A stretch of DNA of 46,481 nt from a virus. Below are positions 1 through 6,884 of the stretch, piece after piece. The stretch is from the IMG/VR virus record IMGVR_UViG_3300045454_000008, positions 1-46,481 of that record, one strand, 5' to 3'. The position numbers were made by a program, and so were the translations under genes. The notes under the pieces were generated by a model. The model searched no databases and was not told where the DNA came from. It worked only from the letters and a program-made list of their open reading frames with translations. Position 1 is the first letter of the stretch. Each line of letters begins with the position of its first letter.

Positions 1-127
1 GAGCGCCGCCTCGTGCCAACGCTCCTTCTCGGCCTCCGCAGCCTCAGCGCGGGCAAGGGCGGCCTGGAGTTCGGCAGCGGTCTCGTCGTCGCCGTCGTCC
101 CAGTCCTTGCGCGCCTCACGGAACGCG
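1..127. repeat. Terminal overlap copy A (identical to 46355-46481); circular-assembly overlap
   Basis: Read directly: gagcgccgcctcgtgccaacgctcc...cctcacggaacgcg occurs at both window ends. The repeat lies inside an open minus-strand reading frame. Confidence 0.95.
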
Positions 128-1008
128 CGGGCCATGCACCGCAGGAAGCCATCGAAGCCGCTCCCGGCGATCAGTGCGGCGGGGGTCTTGTCGCCGTCCG
201 TGTCGAAGCCCATGACTTCGTAGGCGTCCCACAGGGTCTGCGCGGCAGCCTCGGCGCGGGCAAGGGCGGCGCGTTCCCGGGCCTGCACCGTAGCGAGCGC
301 GTCCCACACCTCGCGGACGGGCCGACCGTGGCGCGAACAGTCCTCAGCGGGGCCGCCTGTCTCCACGCTGCACCCGCCGTCGCACGGCAGCCCCTCCTGC
401 GCCTCGACCGGGCGGGTGGGCAGGGCGGCGAGGAGGTCGCGGACGTACTCGCGCCACCCGTTGCGCTGGGACTCGTCGAGGCGCTCCCAGGGCGTGCCGT
501 AGCCGTTGACGCGCGAGGACCACATCAGGCGCGCATGGGCCTCCCGCGCCACCCGTTCCACGTCCACCCCGGCCACCTGGGGCGGGTCCTGCCGGAGCAG
601 GGACGCGGCGGCACCCAACGCGGCGTCGATGATGAGGTCACTGTCCCGATCAGGGTTGGCCGGGATGCTCATGCGCCAGCGCTCGTCACGCGGCGCGGCG
701 CAGATGCGACCCACCTCGTCGCGCGCCCGCTCGATCAGCCGCAGCACCTCGGCCACCTCTGCCGTGCTCGCCCGCTCCACGTCCTCCCCGGCGGGAGACG
801 ACACAGGGGCGGGGGTGGTCAGGACCCGCAGCAGCCGGTGAACGTGCCACCAGGGCGTCCCGGCCCACGTCGCCGGAGAGTCTCCGTCGGTCGCCTGTAT
901 CAGCGCCGACTCGGCCTCGCGCACGACCTGCACCGCGTCCTCATGGCCCTGCGCCACCGCAGCGGTCAGCATCCCCACCTCGTCGTCGTACTCGTGCTCG
1001 CAGCTCAT
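1..1008 (-). CDS. Hypothetical protein, 5' part (336 codons) of a 464-aa ORF split by linearisation; continues at 46354->45968
   Basis: Minus frame checked codon by codon with no stop from 1041 to base 1. ATG at 1008 (alternative 1017). High GC3. The frame joins 46354 in phase once the 127-bp overlap is collapsed. No recognisable domain. Confidence 0.75.
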   Translation of the reverse strand, partial: MSCEHEYDDEVGMLTAAVAQGHEDAVQVVREAESALIQATDGDSPATWAGTPWWHVHRLLRVLTTPAPVSSPAGEDVERASTAEVAEVLRLIERARDEVGRICAAPRDERWRMSIPANPDRDSDLIIDAALGAAASLLRQDPPQVAGVDVERVAREAHARLMWSSRVNGYGTPWERLDESQRNGWREYVRDLLAALPTRPVEAQEGLPCDGGCSVETGGPAEDCSRHGRPVREVWDALATVQARERAALARAEAAAQTLWDAYEVMGFDTDGDKTPAALIAGSGFDGFLRCMARAFREARKDWDDGDDETAAELQAALARAEAAEAEKERWHEAAL

Positions 1009-1035
1009 GCTTCCCATCCCCCATCGCTCATGGTC

Positions 1036-1048
1036 GAAACGTCAACAC
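1036..1048 (-). promoter_or_regulatory. 13-bp motif copy GTGTTGACGTTTC
   Basis: Exact consensus, intergenic. It follows the HNH stop (1051) by 2 nt and lies 28 nt upstream of ATG 1008. No -10 hexamer at 17-18 bp. Confidence 0.6.
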
Positions 1049-1050
1049 GC

Positions 1051-1605
1051 TCACGTTGAGACGTGAGGTGGAACAGCCCGCAGTCGTCGCTTCCGCAGCC
1101 TGTTCGATTCGCGGCTGCACTCCAGGCATGTCCACCTGCCCCTGGGGAGCGCTCTGCGGGAGCCCTCCCTGGTAATGTCGTGTCGCCCGCTCTTGCAGCG
1201 CGTTCGGATTGCATAGCTGTTGACGCCCCTTCGCTGATTTTCCTGGTTGGTCACCGGCTCCAGGTGGTATGGGTTGACGCAGAGTGGCCGGCGACACAGG
1301 TGGTCGAGCTGAAGCCCTGGCGGAATGTCCGCAATCATCATCTCGTAGGAGACGCGATGGGCGAGCTTCGGACCGCCGCCAAGATAGAAGGTCCCCCTTC
1401 CACCGGTCTGGCTGCCGGTCCAGATCCAGCACTCCCCGTCCTGGCTCACCTTCTCCCAGAACCGTTCTTCGACCGAGCGGCGGGGTCGACGCGCCACCGG
1501 GGACAGGTCCTTGCCTTTGCGCCACTGCTGATAATGCGCGTGGCAGAGTCCGCGCGACTCGGCGGGATGGCCGCAGCCGTCGAATGTGCATGATCGATCA
1601 GCCAA
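1051..1605 (-). CDS. HNH homing-type endonuclease
   Basis: 184-aa ORF. N-terminal CTFDGCGHPAESRGLCHAHY zinc knuckle, CWIWTG, AHRVSY, and DHLCRRPLCVNPYHLEPVTNQEN (HNH_3-like signature). Paralogous to 8033-8341 and 37039-37557. Confidence 0.85.
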   Translation of the reverse strand: MADRSCTFDGCGHPAESRGLCHAHYQQWRKGKDLSPVARRPRRSVEERFWEKVSQDGECWIWTGSQTGGRGTFYLGGGPKLAHRVSYEMMIADIPPGLQLDHLCRRPLCVNPYHLEPVTNQENQRRGVNSYAIRTRCKSGRHDITREGSRRALPRGRWTCLECSRESNRLRKRRLRAVPPHVST

Positions 1606-1837
1606 GCGGAAGCCTCTCCTTCTGGGATGTCAGGTGCCACCGGTTGCACGTCGTGCAGGGGTAGGGCCGCCGTTCCAGCCGGCGCACGTCCCCCACCACA
1701 CCGTCCCTGCCTTTGGCGTAGCGGCGGGCCATGTACGCACGGCGGCGGACGTGCTGCGCTTTGCGCAGCGCCCGGTTCGCCTCATGCTCCGTCAGGTAGC
1801 CGATCTTCCCGTTGTCGGGGCAGCGGAGGTGGCTCAC
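1598..1837 (-). CDS. Small Cys-containing (zinc-ribbon-like) protein
   Basis: 79-aa ORF. GTGA overlap with the upstream stop. RCPDNG...CTTCNRWH Cys pairs. High GC3. Confidence 0.7.
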   Translation of the reverse strand: MSHLRCPDNGKIGYLTEHEANRALRKAQHVRRRAYMARRYAKGRDGVVGDVRRLERRPYPCTTCNRWHLTSQKERLPLG

Positions 1838-2139
1838 CAGCCCCGCTCCTCGACGGCGGAAACGTGCCCCTCGGCGCTGCGAATCTTCACGACGGTGCGG
1901 GGGAACCCCCCGCCCAGTTCGAGCCGCTCAGCGGCTCTCTCCGTCGCTGACAGACCGTACCCGTGGGACGCCTTACCCATGTCCACCAGTGTCAACCACC
2001 AGTCGCGGTGGAGCAGAGTGGCGTACGCCTGTTTGATGATCGCCTTCGCCAGAGCCTCGGGGGTGTCGTACTCCCCCGACTCCAGGAGCGTCACGATGGG
2101 GGCGTACTCCTCCTTGCGCGGAATGATATTCACCCCCAC
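1834..2139 (-). CDS. Hypothetical protein
   Basis: 101-aa ORF with non-repetitive composition. GGAGG lies upstream. Overlaps its neighbours by a few nt (alternative GTG start at 2133). Confidence 0.7.
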   Translation of the reverse strand: MGVNIIPRKEEYAPIVTLLESGEYDTPEALAKAIIKQAYATLLHRDWWLTLVDMGKASHGYGLSATERAAERLELGGGFPRTVVKIRSAEGHVSAVEERGW

Positions 2140-2327
2140 ATCACCTCCTCGCGGGCCAGCTCAGCCCGCCTCTCCGCCTCGTCCTCCGCCATCGCGGACA
2201 GGAACTCGTTGATGCTGTCGAAGCCGGCGTCCTCCGCCGCCTGCGCCAGTTCCTCGTCCAGCTCCAGGGTGTCCAGGTGCCGGGCCAGGGCCGCCTCGAA
2301 GGCGGCGTCAGCGTGATAGAAGGTCAC
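2130..2327 (-). CDS. Hypothetical acidic protein
   Basis: 65-aa ORF. GTG start with GGGAGG 7 nt upstream. GTGA overlap with the stop of 2324-2605. Confidence 0.65.
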   Translation of the reverse strand: MTFYHADAAFEAALARHLDTLELDEELAQAAEDAGFDSINEFLSAMAEDEAERRAELAREEVMWG

Positions 2328-2605
2328 GGCTTGACCTCCCCGCGTGCGATCCGGGCGGCGAACTCCATGCCCGGCCAGAGTCCGTATGTGGACTGACGCA
2401 CCTCTCGGGCCCGGTCAACGGCCGCCTCGATGTCCGCTGCGATGCGCTCACGGACGGCCGCCTCGATGAGCGGGGCGGCAGCGGTGAGGATCTTCTCGGC
2501 GGCGGCGGTGCCGACGGGGATGCGGGCGAACTCGTCGCCCTTGAAGGACAGGCCGATCTCGACGACGGCTGCGGCCTCGACGGCTGCGGTCAGGTCGATG
2601 CTCAT
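2324..2605 (-). CDS. Hypothetical protein
   Basis: Trimmed from ORF 2324..2734 to ATG 2605 (GGAAGGAAGTGGAC upstream). 93 aa. The N-terminal extension in the track is Arg/Gly-rich and looks like noise. Confidence 0.65.
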   Translation of the reverse strand: MSIDLTAAVEAAAVVEIGLSFKGDEFARIPVGTAAAEKILTAAAPLIEAAVRERIAADIEAAVDRAREVRQSTYGLWPGMEFAARIARGEVKP

Positions 2606-2712
2606 GTCCACTTCCTTCCACTCAAAGGCAGGTGCGTGTCGCACCACGAACCGGAGATGTACAGACGGGCGGGTTCCCCGCAGATGCGGCACTTGCGCGG
2701 CTTGGCGCTCAC
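2602..2712 (-). CDS. 36-aa zinc-ribbon-like micro-protein (below the ORF-track cutoff)
   Basis: Reads VSAKPRKCRICGEPARLYISGSWCDTHLPLSGRKWT. GTGA overlap at its start and ATGA overlap at its end link it to both neighbours. Confidence 0.5.
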   Translation of the reverse strand: MSAKPRKCRICGEPARLYISGSWCDTHLPLSGRKWT

Positions 2713-2894
2713 AGGTCGTCCCCCCACCACTCACGCAGCACCTCGGGTCGGCACCGCTCGTCGATCGTCCACACCGCCCACCGCCCGCGCGTGCGGGCGA
2801 GGTCGTCCAGGAACTGCGCCACCTCGCCGGCTGGGAGGCCGGTGCGCTGGCCGATCTCCCACGCGGACATGGGTTCGGTCCTGCGGCGGGTCAT
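2709..2894 (-). CDS. Small putative HTH DNA-binding protein
   Basis: Trimmed to ATG 2894 (ATGA overlap with the stop of 2891-3475). 61 aa. MSAWEIGQRTGLPAGEVAQFLDDLAR resembles a helix-turn-helix. Confidence 0.55.
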   Translation of the reverse strand: MTRRRTEPMSAWEIGQRTGLPAGEVAQFLDDLARTRGRWAVWTIDERCRPEVLREWWGDDL

Positions 2895-3475
2895 GCGGCC
2901 ATGTCCAGCCGCGCGGCGGAACGCAGGCAGGGGCACGCCTGAGCAGACGTGCGGACCCAGCCCCGGTAGGTCGCGGACTCCTTGCCCAGCAGCAGCTGGT
3001 AGGCCTCGTAACCGGCCTTGGGCCGGTAGTCGAAGCGGCTGTCGTGGTACGTCAGCTCGCCCCACTGACGGTCCTCGCGCCCCGCCTCGGAGCAGTCCCG
3101 CGAGATGTGGACGTAGGGCCGCGACTCCGTGCTGCCGTAGCTGCGGCTGCGGCGGAGGGACACGCGCTCGACGTGGAGCTGCAATCCCAGGTGGACCTGG
3201 CCCAGCAGTCGCGTGGCGTCGTCCACCGTGAGGCCTGGCAGCGTGTCGGCCCCGGCCTCGGAAAGCCTCGGGTAGCGCTTGCTGGGCTTGCTCACGACGG
3301 CCCACCGTTCACCGTTCACGTCCGGCTCGTCGCGCACGACCCACAGGCTCGCCGGCTTGGGGCCGGGGCCGACGATGATGCCCGTTGCGGCCGGACCCTC
3401 GCCCCAGGTGAGGCGCTGGCCCTCGCTGTACTCAGTCGGCACGTAGGGCCGCTGGCGGATCTTGCTCATTGCCAT
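2891..3475 (-). CDS. Hypothetical protein
   Basis: 194-aa ORF with ordinary composition. AGGAATGGCA precedes the ATG. No domain recognised. Confidence 0.7.
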   Translation of the reverse strand: MAMSKIRQRPYVPTEYSEGQRLTWGEGPAATGIIVGPGPKPASLWVVRDEPDVNGERWAVVSKPSKRYPRLSEAGADTLPGLTVDDATRLLGQVHLGLQLHVERVSLRRSRSYGSTESRPYVHISRDCSEAGREDRQWGELTYHDSRFDYRPKAGYEAYQLLLGKESATYRGWVRTSAQACPCLRSAARLDMAA

Positions 3476-3496
3476 TCCTTTCTCGTCGCGGAACTT

Positions 3497-3509
3497 GCTA
3501 CGTCAACAG
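3497..3509 (-). promoter_or_regulatory. 13-bp motif copy CTGTTGACGTAGC
   Basis: Intergenic, 22 nt upstream of ATG 3475, and second of two copies 30 bp apart. Confidence 0.55.
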
Positions 3510-3513
3510 ATTC

Positions 3514-3720
3514 TCATGCCTCGGCGGAAACGTCAACACGCGCCGCAACGACGATGAGGCGGACCAGGAGCAGGCCGCCGGCCAGGACGGCCAGCGCTCC
3601 CCCGTAGTGCCACCCGGAACCGACCGGCCCCAACATGGCGGACAGGAACCCACCAGCCATGAGACCGCCGCCCACGGCGGACACGATCAACCGGCCCAGC
3701 ATCATGGCGGACGGGTTCAC
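3514..3720 (-). CDS. Small membrane protein (two predicted TM helices)
   Basis: 68 aa. Hydrophobic Gly/Ala/Leu stretches LIVSAVGGGLMAGGFLSAML and GGALAVLAGGLLLV. Confidence 0.7.
   Translation of the reverse strand: MNPSAMMLGRLIVSAVGGGLMAGGFLSAMLGPVGSGWHYGGALAVLAGGLLLVRLIVVAARVDVSAEA
3527..3539 (-). promoter_or_regulatory. 13-bp motif copy GTGTTGACGTTTC (inside the 3' end of 3514-3720, encodes R-V-D-V-S)
   Basis: Exact consensus. GAATCT lies 17 bp after TTGACG and is a possible weak -10. Confidence 0.6.
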
Positions 3721-3941
3721 AGCCGGGCCGTTGCCTTGATGAGTGCGTTAGCGATGACCTGCACCGTCTCGTTGGGCACGGTCGCCAGCTCGCGCCCGTA
3801 CTGCTCGATGAGGTCCAGGGCGGTCACGGCGGCCATGTAGTCCAGGGCCAGCGCCTCGACCGTCTCGTCGGGGGCGTAGCCGGCACCGTTCGGGCCGTAG
3901 ACGACGCGGACATACTCCGCGTCCTGGTACGTCGTCTCCAT
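3717..3941 (-). CDS. Hypothetical protein
   Basis: Trimmed to ATG 3941 (METTYQDAEY...), 2 nt after the upstream stop. 74 aa. Confidence 0.65.
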   Translation of the reverse strand: METTYQDAEYVRVVYGPNGAGYAPDETVEALALDYMAAVTALDLIEQYGRELATVPNETVQVIANALIKATARL

Positions 3942-3942
3942 A

Positions 3943-4347
3943 TCACAGCCGCCCGGTCTCGCGGAGGATGCGCGCAATGGCGTCCTTCATCGTCCAGATG
4001 GGCTTGCCCGTCTCGCGCCGCTCCAGCACACCCTCGCGGACGATCTCCGCGATGCGGTCCAGCGCGTCGTCGCGCGGGTCCGGCATGTCCGTAACGTGAG
4101 AGTGGTCGTCGTCCTCGTGCTGGCAGACGCTCGGGCGGAACGGCGGAGCGGGGCGCATGTGCCTGCGCGCCACGTCCACCGGGCTCACGCCGGGGTCGCG
4201 CACCGTCCAGCCGTAGTAGTTGTCGCCCATGAGGTCCAGGTCTCGCAGCACGCGGGCCATGTAGACGCGCTCAGGGTCGATGCCGGCGGCGAAGATCGTT
4301 TGGCGGATCACGCCCACCAGCTCCGCCTTCGAGGCGTAGCGACTCAT
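3943..4347 (-). CDS. Hypothetical protein
   Basis: 134-aa ORF. GGGGAGGACG precedes the ATG. No domain recognised. Confidence 0.7.
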   Translation of the reverse strand: MSRYASKAELVGVIRQTIFAAGIDPERVYMARVLRDLDLMGDNYYGWTVRDPGVSPVDVARRHMRPAPPFRPSVCQHEDDDHSHVTDMPDPRDDALDRIAEIVREGVLERRETGKPIWTMKDAIARILRETGRL

Positions 4348-4407
4348 CGTCCTCCCCTTTCACTCGCTCGGATACTGCTTACGCGCCCTGGCGTCGAATC
4401 GAACGAC

Positions 4408-4420
4408 GCAACGTCAACAG
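4408..4420 (-). promoter_or_regulatory. 13-bp motif copy CTGTTGACGTTGC
   Basis: Intergenic, 61 nt upstream of ATG 4347. No -10 at the proper spacing. Confidence 0.55.
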
Positions 4421-4442
4421 CCAGTCCAGGGCTAACCGTGTG

Positions 4443-4709
4443 CTACGCGAGCACCGCCCGCACGTTGCGGCCCACCGACGACGGGGCGGAGGCGATGAAC
4501 TCCGCCCGCACGCGCGGCATGGGCGGCGTCAGCTGCTCCCCGGTGTCGGCGTCCTCGATGGTCCACAAGCCGTAGCGGCGGGTCAGGAGCGGGTGCGTGA
4601 GCTTGATCCGCAGCTCCTCCACGGCGGACGCCTCGCTCATCGGGCCGGCGTGTCGGCCCCTCTCGCCCGTCATGCCCATCAGGACCGGACGGGCCGTGTC
4701 GATCCTCAT
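4443..4709 (-). CDS. Hypothetical protein
   Basis: 88-aa ORF with a strong RBS (GAGAGGAAGGAACGACG before the ATG). Confidence 0.7.
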   Translation of the reverse strand: MRIDTARPVLMGMTGERGRHAGPMSEASAVEELRIKLTHPLLTRRYGLWTIEDADTGEQLTPPMPRVRAEFIASAPSSVGRNVRAVLA

Positions 4710-4746
4710 CGTCGTTCCTTCCTCTCGTCGTTGACTTGCCTAACGC

Positions 4747-4794
4747 GCCCGGCGGAGGTCTCGAACCTCCGTACGTCCCTTACCGACTCCGGGC
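4747..4794 (-). other. tRNA-like acceptor/T-arm minihelix in the 5' UTR of 4443-4709 (not a tRNA gene)
   Basis: Minus strand reads GCCCGG-AGTCGGTAAGGGACGTA-CGGAGG-TTCGAGA-CCTCCG-CCGGGC. That gives a 6-bp outer stem plus a 6-bp inner stem and a 7-nt loop matching the T-loop consensus TTCRANN. No D or anticodon arms. Confidence 0.5.
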
Positions 4795-4877
4795 CACCAG
4801 CTACGTTCGACCTTCACCACCTCCGATCGTCTGTGCTGGCCGGTCTCCTCTCCGTTGGTGTGTTGCTGTCCCTCCTA

Positions 4878-4909
4878 ACGGTAGTTGCGGTGTTGCGGTA
4901 TGTCAACAC
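4878..4909 (-). promoter_or_regulatory. Leftward promoter candidate with overlapping 20-bp palindrome (O1, 4890-4909)
   Basis: Minus strand: GTGTTGACA-N17-TACCGT. -35 TTGACA at 4906-4901 and -10 at 4883-4878. The plus strand at 4890-4909 reads GTGTTGCGGTATGTCAACAC. Confidence 0.5.
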
Positions 4910-4919
4910 TCGCCGGAAA

Positions 4920-5204
4920 CTAAGCGCGCTCCCCTCGCTCGATCAGGGCCGCGCGGGCGCGGAGCCAAACCACGAAGTCCCACTGAGCATCCGTGGTCAG
5001 CACGCCGGGGCCGGCGAAGTGGTCCGCCGCATCCCGTAGGGCCTGGGCCTGGGCGTTCCTCACCGGGTCGCGCTGCGGCGGTTGCGACCGCCTCTCGCGG
5101 CACTCCCGCGATGCGGCGTCCCACTCCTGCACCGTGGCGCAGTCCAGGTGGCCGCACCAGCCCACGACCCCGCACAGGCGGCGGACGGGTTCCTCCTTCG
5201 TCAC
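4920..5204 (-). CDS. Hypothetical Cys-containing protein
   Basis: Trimmed from ORF 4920..5639 to GTG 5204 (GTGA overlap with the stop of 5201-5341). 94 aa, VTKEEPVRRLCGVVGWCGHLDC... The upstream part of the track ORF is Gly/Arg/Pro noise. Confidence 0.6.
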   Translation of the reverse strand: MTKEEPVRRLCGVVGWCGHLDCATVQEWDAASRECRERRSQPPQRDPVRNAQAQALRDAADHFAGPGVLTTDAQWDFVVWLRARAALIERGERA

Positions 5205-5341
5205 TTGCCCTCGATCTCCCTTCGCGTCTTGCCGCAGTACGCGCACACCAGCCCGGCAGCGCGCGGCACCAGGTGGTGAGTCGAGTTGTCCGCACCCTCC
5301 GGCGCGCCCGACTCGGGGCAGTACATTTGCGTAGCTTCCAT
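5201..5341 (-). CDS. 46-aa zinc-ribbon-like micro-protein (below the ORF-track cutoff)
   Basis: Reads MEATQMYCPESGAPEGADNSTHHLVPRAAGLVCAYCGKTRREIEGK. Strong RBS GAGGAGGAGTC before the ATG. High GC3. Confidence 0.55.
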   Translation of the reverse strand: MEATQMYCPESGAPEGADNSTHHLVPRAAGLVCAYCGKTRREIEGK

Positions 5342-5389
5342 GACTCCTCCTCGCTGATGGGTTCCGGGCAATCATCGCAGGCCGGCGGA

Positions 5390-5683
5390 TCACTCCTCCG
5401 TCAGGGCCTCGACCACCTCGGACCAGTTCACGCGCCACAGGCTGCCGACCTCGTGGGCCATCATCTCGATGCCCTCCGGCTGGGCCGTGCCGTACATCTC
5501 GCGGTACTCGGCGGGGTTCAACAGCTCCTCCACCTGCCCCCGGACGGCCCGCTCCTGGTCGTCCGGGTAGTCCCGGACGATCTGGCGGAACATCTCGTAC
5601 AGGCCCTGGTCGTTGTTGATGTGGAGCATGAGCGCCCACGTCTCGCGGTTCGTCCAGCCCTGGTAGGTCTCGTCCGTGCCCAT
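5390..5683 (-). CDS. Hypothetical protein (WTNRETW motif)
   Basis: Trimmed to ATG 5683 (GAGAGGTGAGGACG upstream). 97 aa, acidic. Confidence 0.7.
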   Translation of the reverse strand: MGTDETYQGWTNRETWALMLHINNDQGLYEMFRQIVRDYPDDQERAVRGQVEELLNPAEYREMYGTAQPEGIEMMAHEVGSLWRVNWSEVVEALTEE

Positions 5684-5716
5684 CGTCCTCACCTCTCGGT
5701 CTCGGTTACTGCCTAC

Positions 5717-5761
5717 GTGCGGCCCCGGGACTCGCACCCGGTATGTCTGCTAGCGCCGCGC
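5717..5761 (-). other. Weaker tRNA-like minihelix in the 5' UTR of 5390-5683
   Basis: Minus strand reads GCGGC-GCTAGCAGACATA-CCGGG-TGCGAGT-CCCGG-G-GCCGC. Same architecture as 4747-4794, but the loop is TGCGAGT (position 2 deviates from the T-loop consensus) and the stems are shorter. Confidence 0.3.
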
Positions 5762-5861
5762 CACCTCTCACGGTTGGCGGATACTGCACCTGCTATCCAG
5801 CGTTGCCTTTCGTCTAGCGCCGGCCCTGCTGCCCTGCCTCCCTCCCCTCTCGCCTGTCTCT

Positions 5862-5893
5862 AGTGTGGCACAGGTGTTGCGCTACGTCAACAC
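5862..5893 (-). promoter_or_regulatory. Leftward promoter candidate with overlapping 20-bp palindrome (O2, 5874-5893)
   Basis: Minus strand: GTGTTGACG-N17-CACACT. The plus strand at 5874-5893 reads GTGTTGCGCTACGTCAACAC. Sits at the start of a roughly 200-nt leader. Confidence 0.5.
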
Positions 5894-5897
5894 GCAC

Positions 5898-6113
5898 TCA
5901 CAACCAGCCCGCGTCCAACCATGCGCGGACGCGAGGATCAGTGGACGTGTCGCCCCTGCGCGTGGTCCGGTCCGGGTCTGACGACCATGCATCGCGGACG
6001 ACGGGACGGAACGACTCCGGCCCGAACTCCTCCAGCTCTGCCAGGACTGCGCCCTGCGGGTACCACGTCGCACCGGGGCGCGTAGCAACGGGGACGCCCG
6101 TCGCGGCGCTCAC
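5898..6113 (-). CDS. Hypothetical protein
   Basis: Trimmed to GTG 6113 (GTGA overlap with the stop of 6110-6418). 71 aa. Confidence 0.55.
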   Translation of the reverse strand: MSAATGVPVATRPGATWYPQGAVLAELEEFGPESFRPVVRDAWSSDPDRTTRRGDTSTDPRVRAWLDAGWL

Positions 6114-6418
6114 GATCCCCACCCGTGCGCCCGGTTGACGCCGGCAACGGCGACGCGGACACGCGCGCGGTCACCCGACAGGCGCGCGCGACGCAGTTCC
6201 TCGTACCAGGCGTCCGTATGGGCGCGGCACACCGTCCGCACCCAGTCCGGGACGAACGATGCGCGCTCCGTCGCTGACATCTCGCCCCACGCGCCACCAC
6301 CGGGGCGCGCGGTGAACCAACCCGCGTCGGACACGTAGGCCGGCTGGCGCCGCCCGTTCACAGTCACGCCGCCCCATACGGTGCCGATGAGCGGCAGGGC
6401 CGTCGTCGTCTCACTCAT
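6110..6418 (-). CDS. Hypothetical protein, paralog A (VPDWVR motif)
   Basis: Trimmed to ATG 6418 (GAGAGGGGATGGAATA upstream). 102 aa. Shares VP(D/E)WVR and its leader with 6521-6877. Confidence 0.65.
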   Translation of the reverse strand: MSETTTALPLIGTVWGGVTVNGRRQPAYVSDAGWFTARPGGGAWGEMSATERASFVPDWVRTVCRAHTDAWYEELRRARLSGDRARVRVAVAGVNRAHGWGS

Positions 6419-6428
6419 TATTCCATCC

Positions 6429-6493
6429 CCTCTCAGAGTGCTACTGCCACCACCACCGCCACCATGAGGTGGCGATGATGGAAACGGCAACAC
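6429..6493 (-). promoter_or_regulatory. Conserved leader, copy 1: GTGTTGCCGTTTCCATC + hairpin + 26-nt box
   Basis: Motif variant at 6481-6493. Hairpin CGCCACC/GGTGGCG at 6457-6474. The 26-mer at 6429-6454 is identical to 6885-6910. Confidence 0.55.
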
Positions 6494-6520
6494 GTCAGGC
6501 GTGGACACCCATCGCGGCGG

Positions 6521-6877
6521 TCACGATGCACCACCGACGTGGAGGAGGTGGGCGCGGACACCGCCTGCGACCGTCTCGGCGGTCACGCCGTCGCGGAAGT
6601 CGCCCACATAGGAGGCCGCGCCATCCAGCGTCGCGGAGTCCTCGCGCGCCTCATCTGCGGCGGCCACGATCATGTCACGCACCCACTCCGGGACCACGGT
6701 CCAGCGCTCACGGATCACGCGCCCCGCGAAAGCGTGTCCGTGCGGGTAGGTCACGACCGTGCGCACACGGTCCGGCTCGCCTGGCGTCACGGCGTATGTG
6801 TGCACCACGCGGACGGGCGTCCGCGTCCATCCCGAACGGGTGAGTGAGTCGCGGATGCGGTATTCGGTGGTCATCAT
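6521..6877 (-). CDS. Hypothetical protein, paralog B (VPEWVR motif)
   Basis: Trimmed to ATG 6877 (GAGAGGAGAGGGA upstream). 118 aa. Confidence 0.65.
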   Translation of the reverse strand: MMTTEYRIRDSLTRSGWTRTPVRVVHTYAVTPGEPDRVRTVVTYPHGHAFAGRVIRERWTVVPEWVRDMIVAAADEAREDSATLDGAASYVGDFRDGVTAETVAGGVRAHLLHVGGAS

Positions 6878-6884
6878 TCCCTCT

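Noticed and set aside
13-1059. 348-aa plus-strand ORF, and similar very long ORFs antisense to real genes (8598-10487 minus, 10399-11553 minus, 14600-17980 minus, 22268-24064 minus, 26937-28085 minus, 29106-30605 minus).
   Set aside because: Their translations are Arg/Gly/Pro/His-rich and low in complexity, which is typical of shadow frames in high-GC DNA. The opposite strand carries ORFs with recognisable domains, RBSs and start/stop coupling.
1217-1229. CTGTTGACGCCCC on the plus strand inside the minus-strand HNH gene (an antisense partial motif); also CTGTTGACC antisense at about 41579-41591 and several bare GTTGACG heptamers.
   Set aside because: Only the first 8-9 nt match. Matches of that length are expected about once by chance at this base composition. 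They are not counted as motif copies, but are noted as the only exceptions to the orientation rule.
4728-4740. TTGACT on the plus strand (4728-4733) as a rightward promoter inside the leftward operon.
   Set aside because: There is no -10 at the proper spacing and no plus-strand gene downstream. It overlaps the RBS region of 4443-4709 on the other strand.
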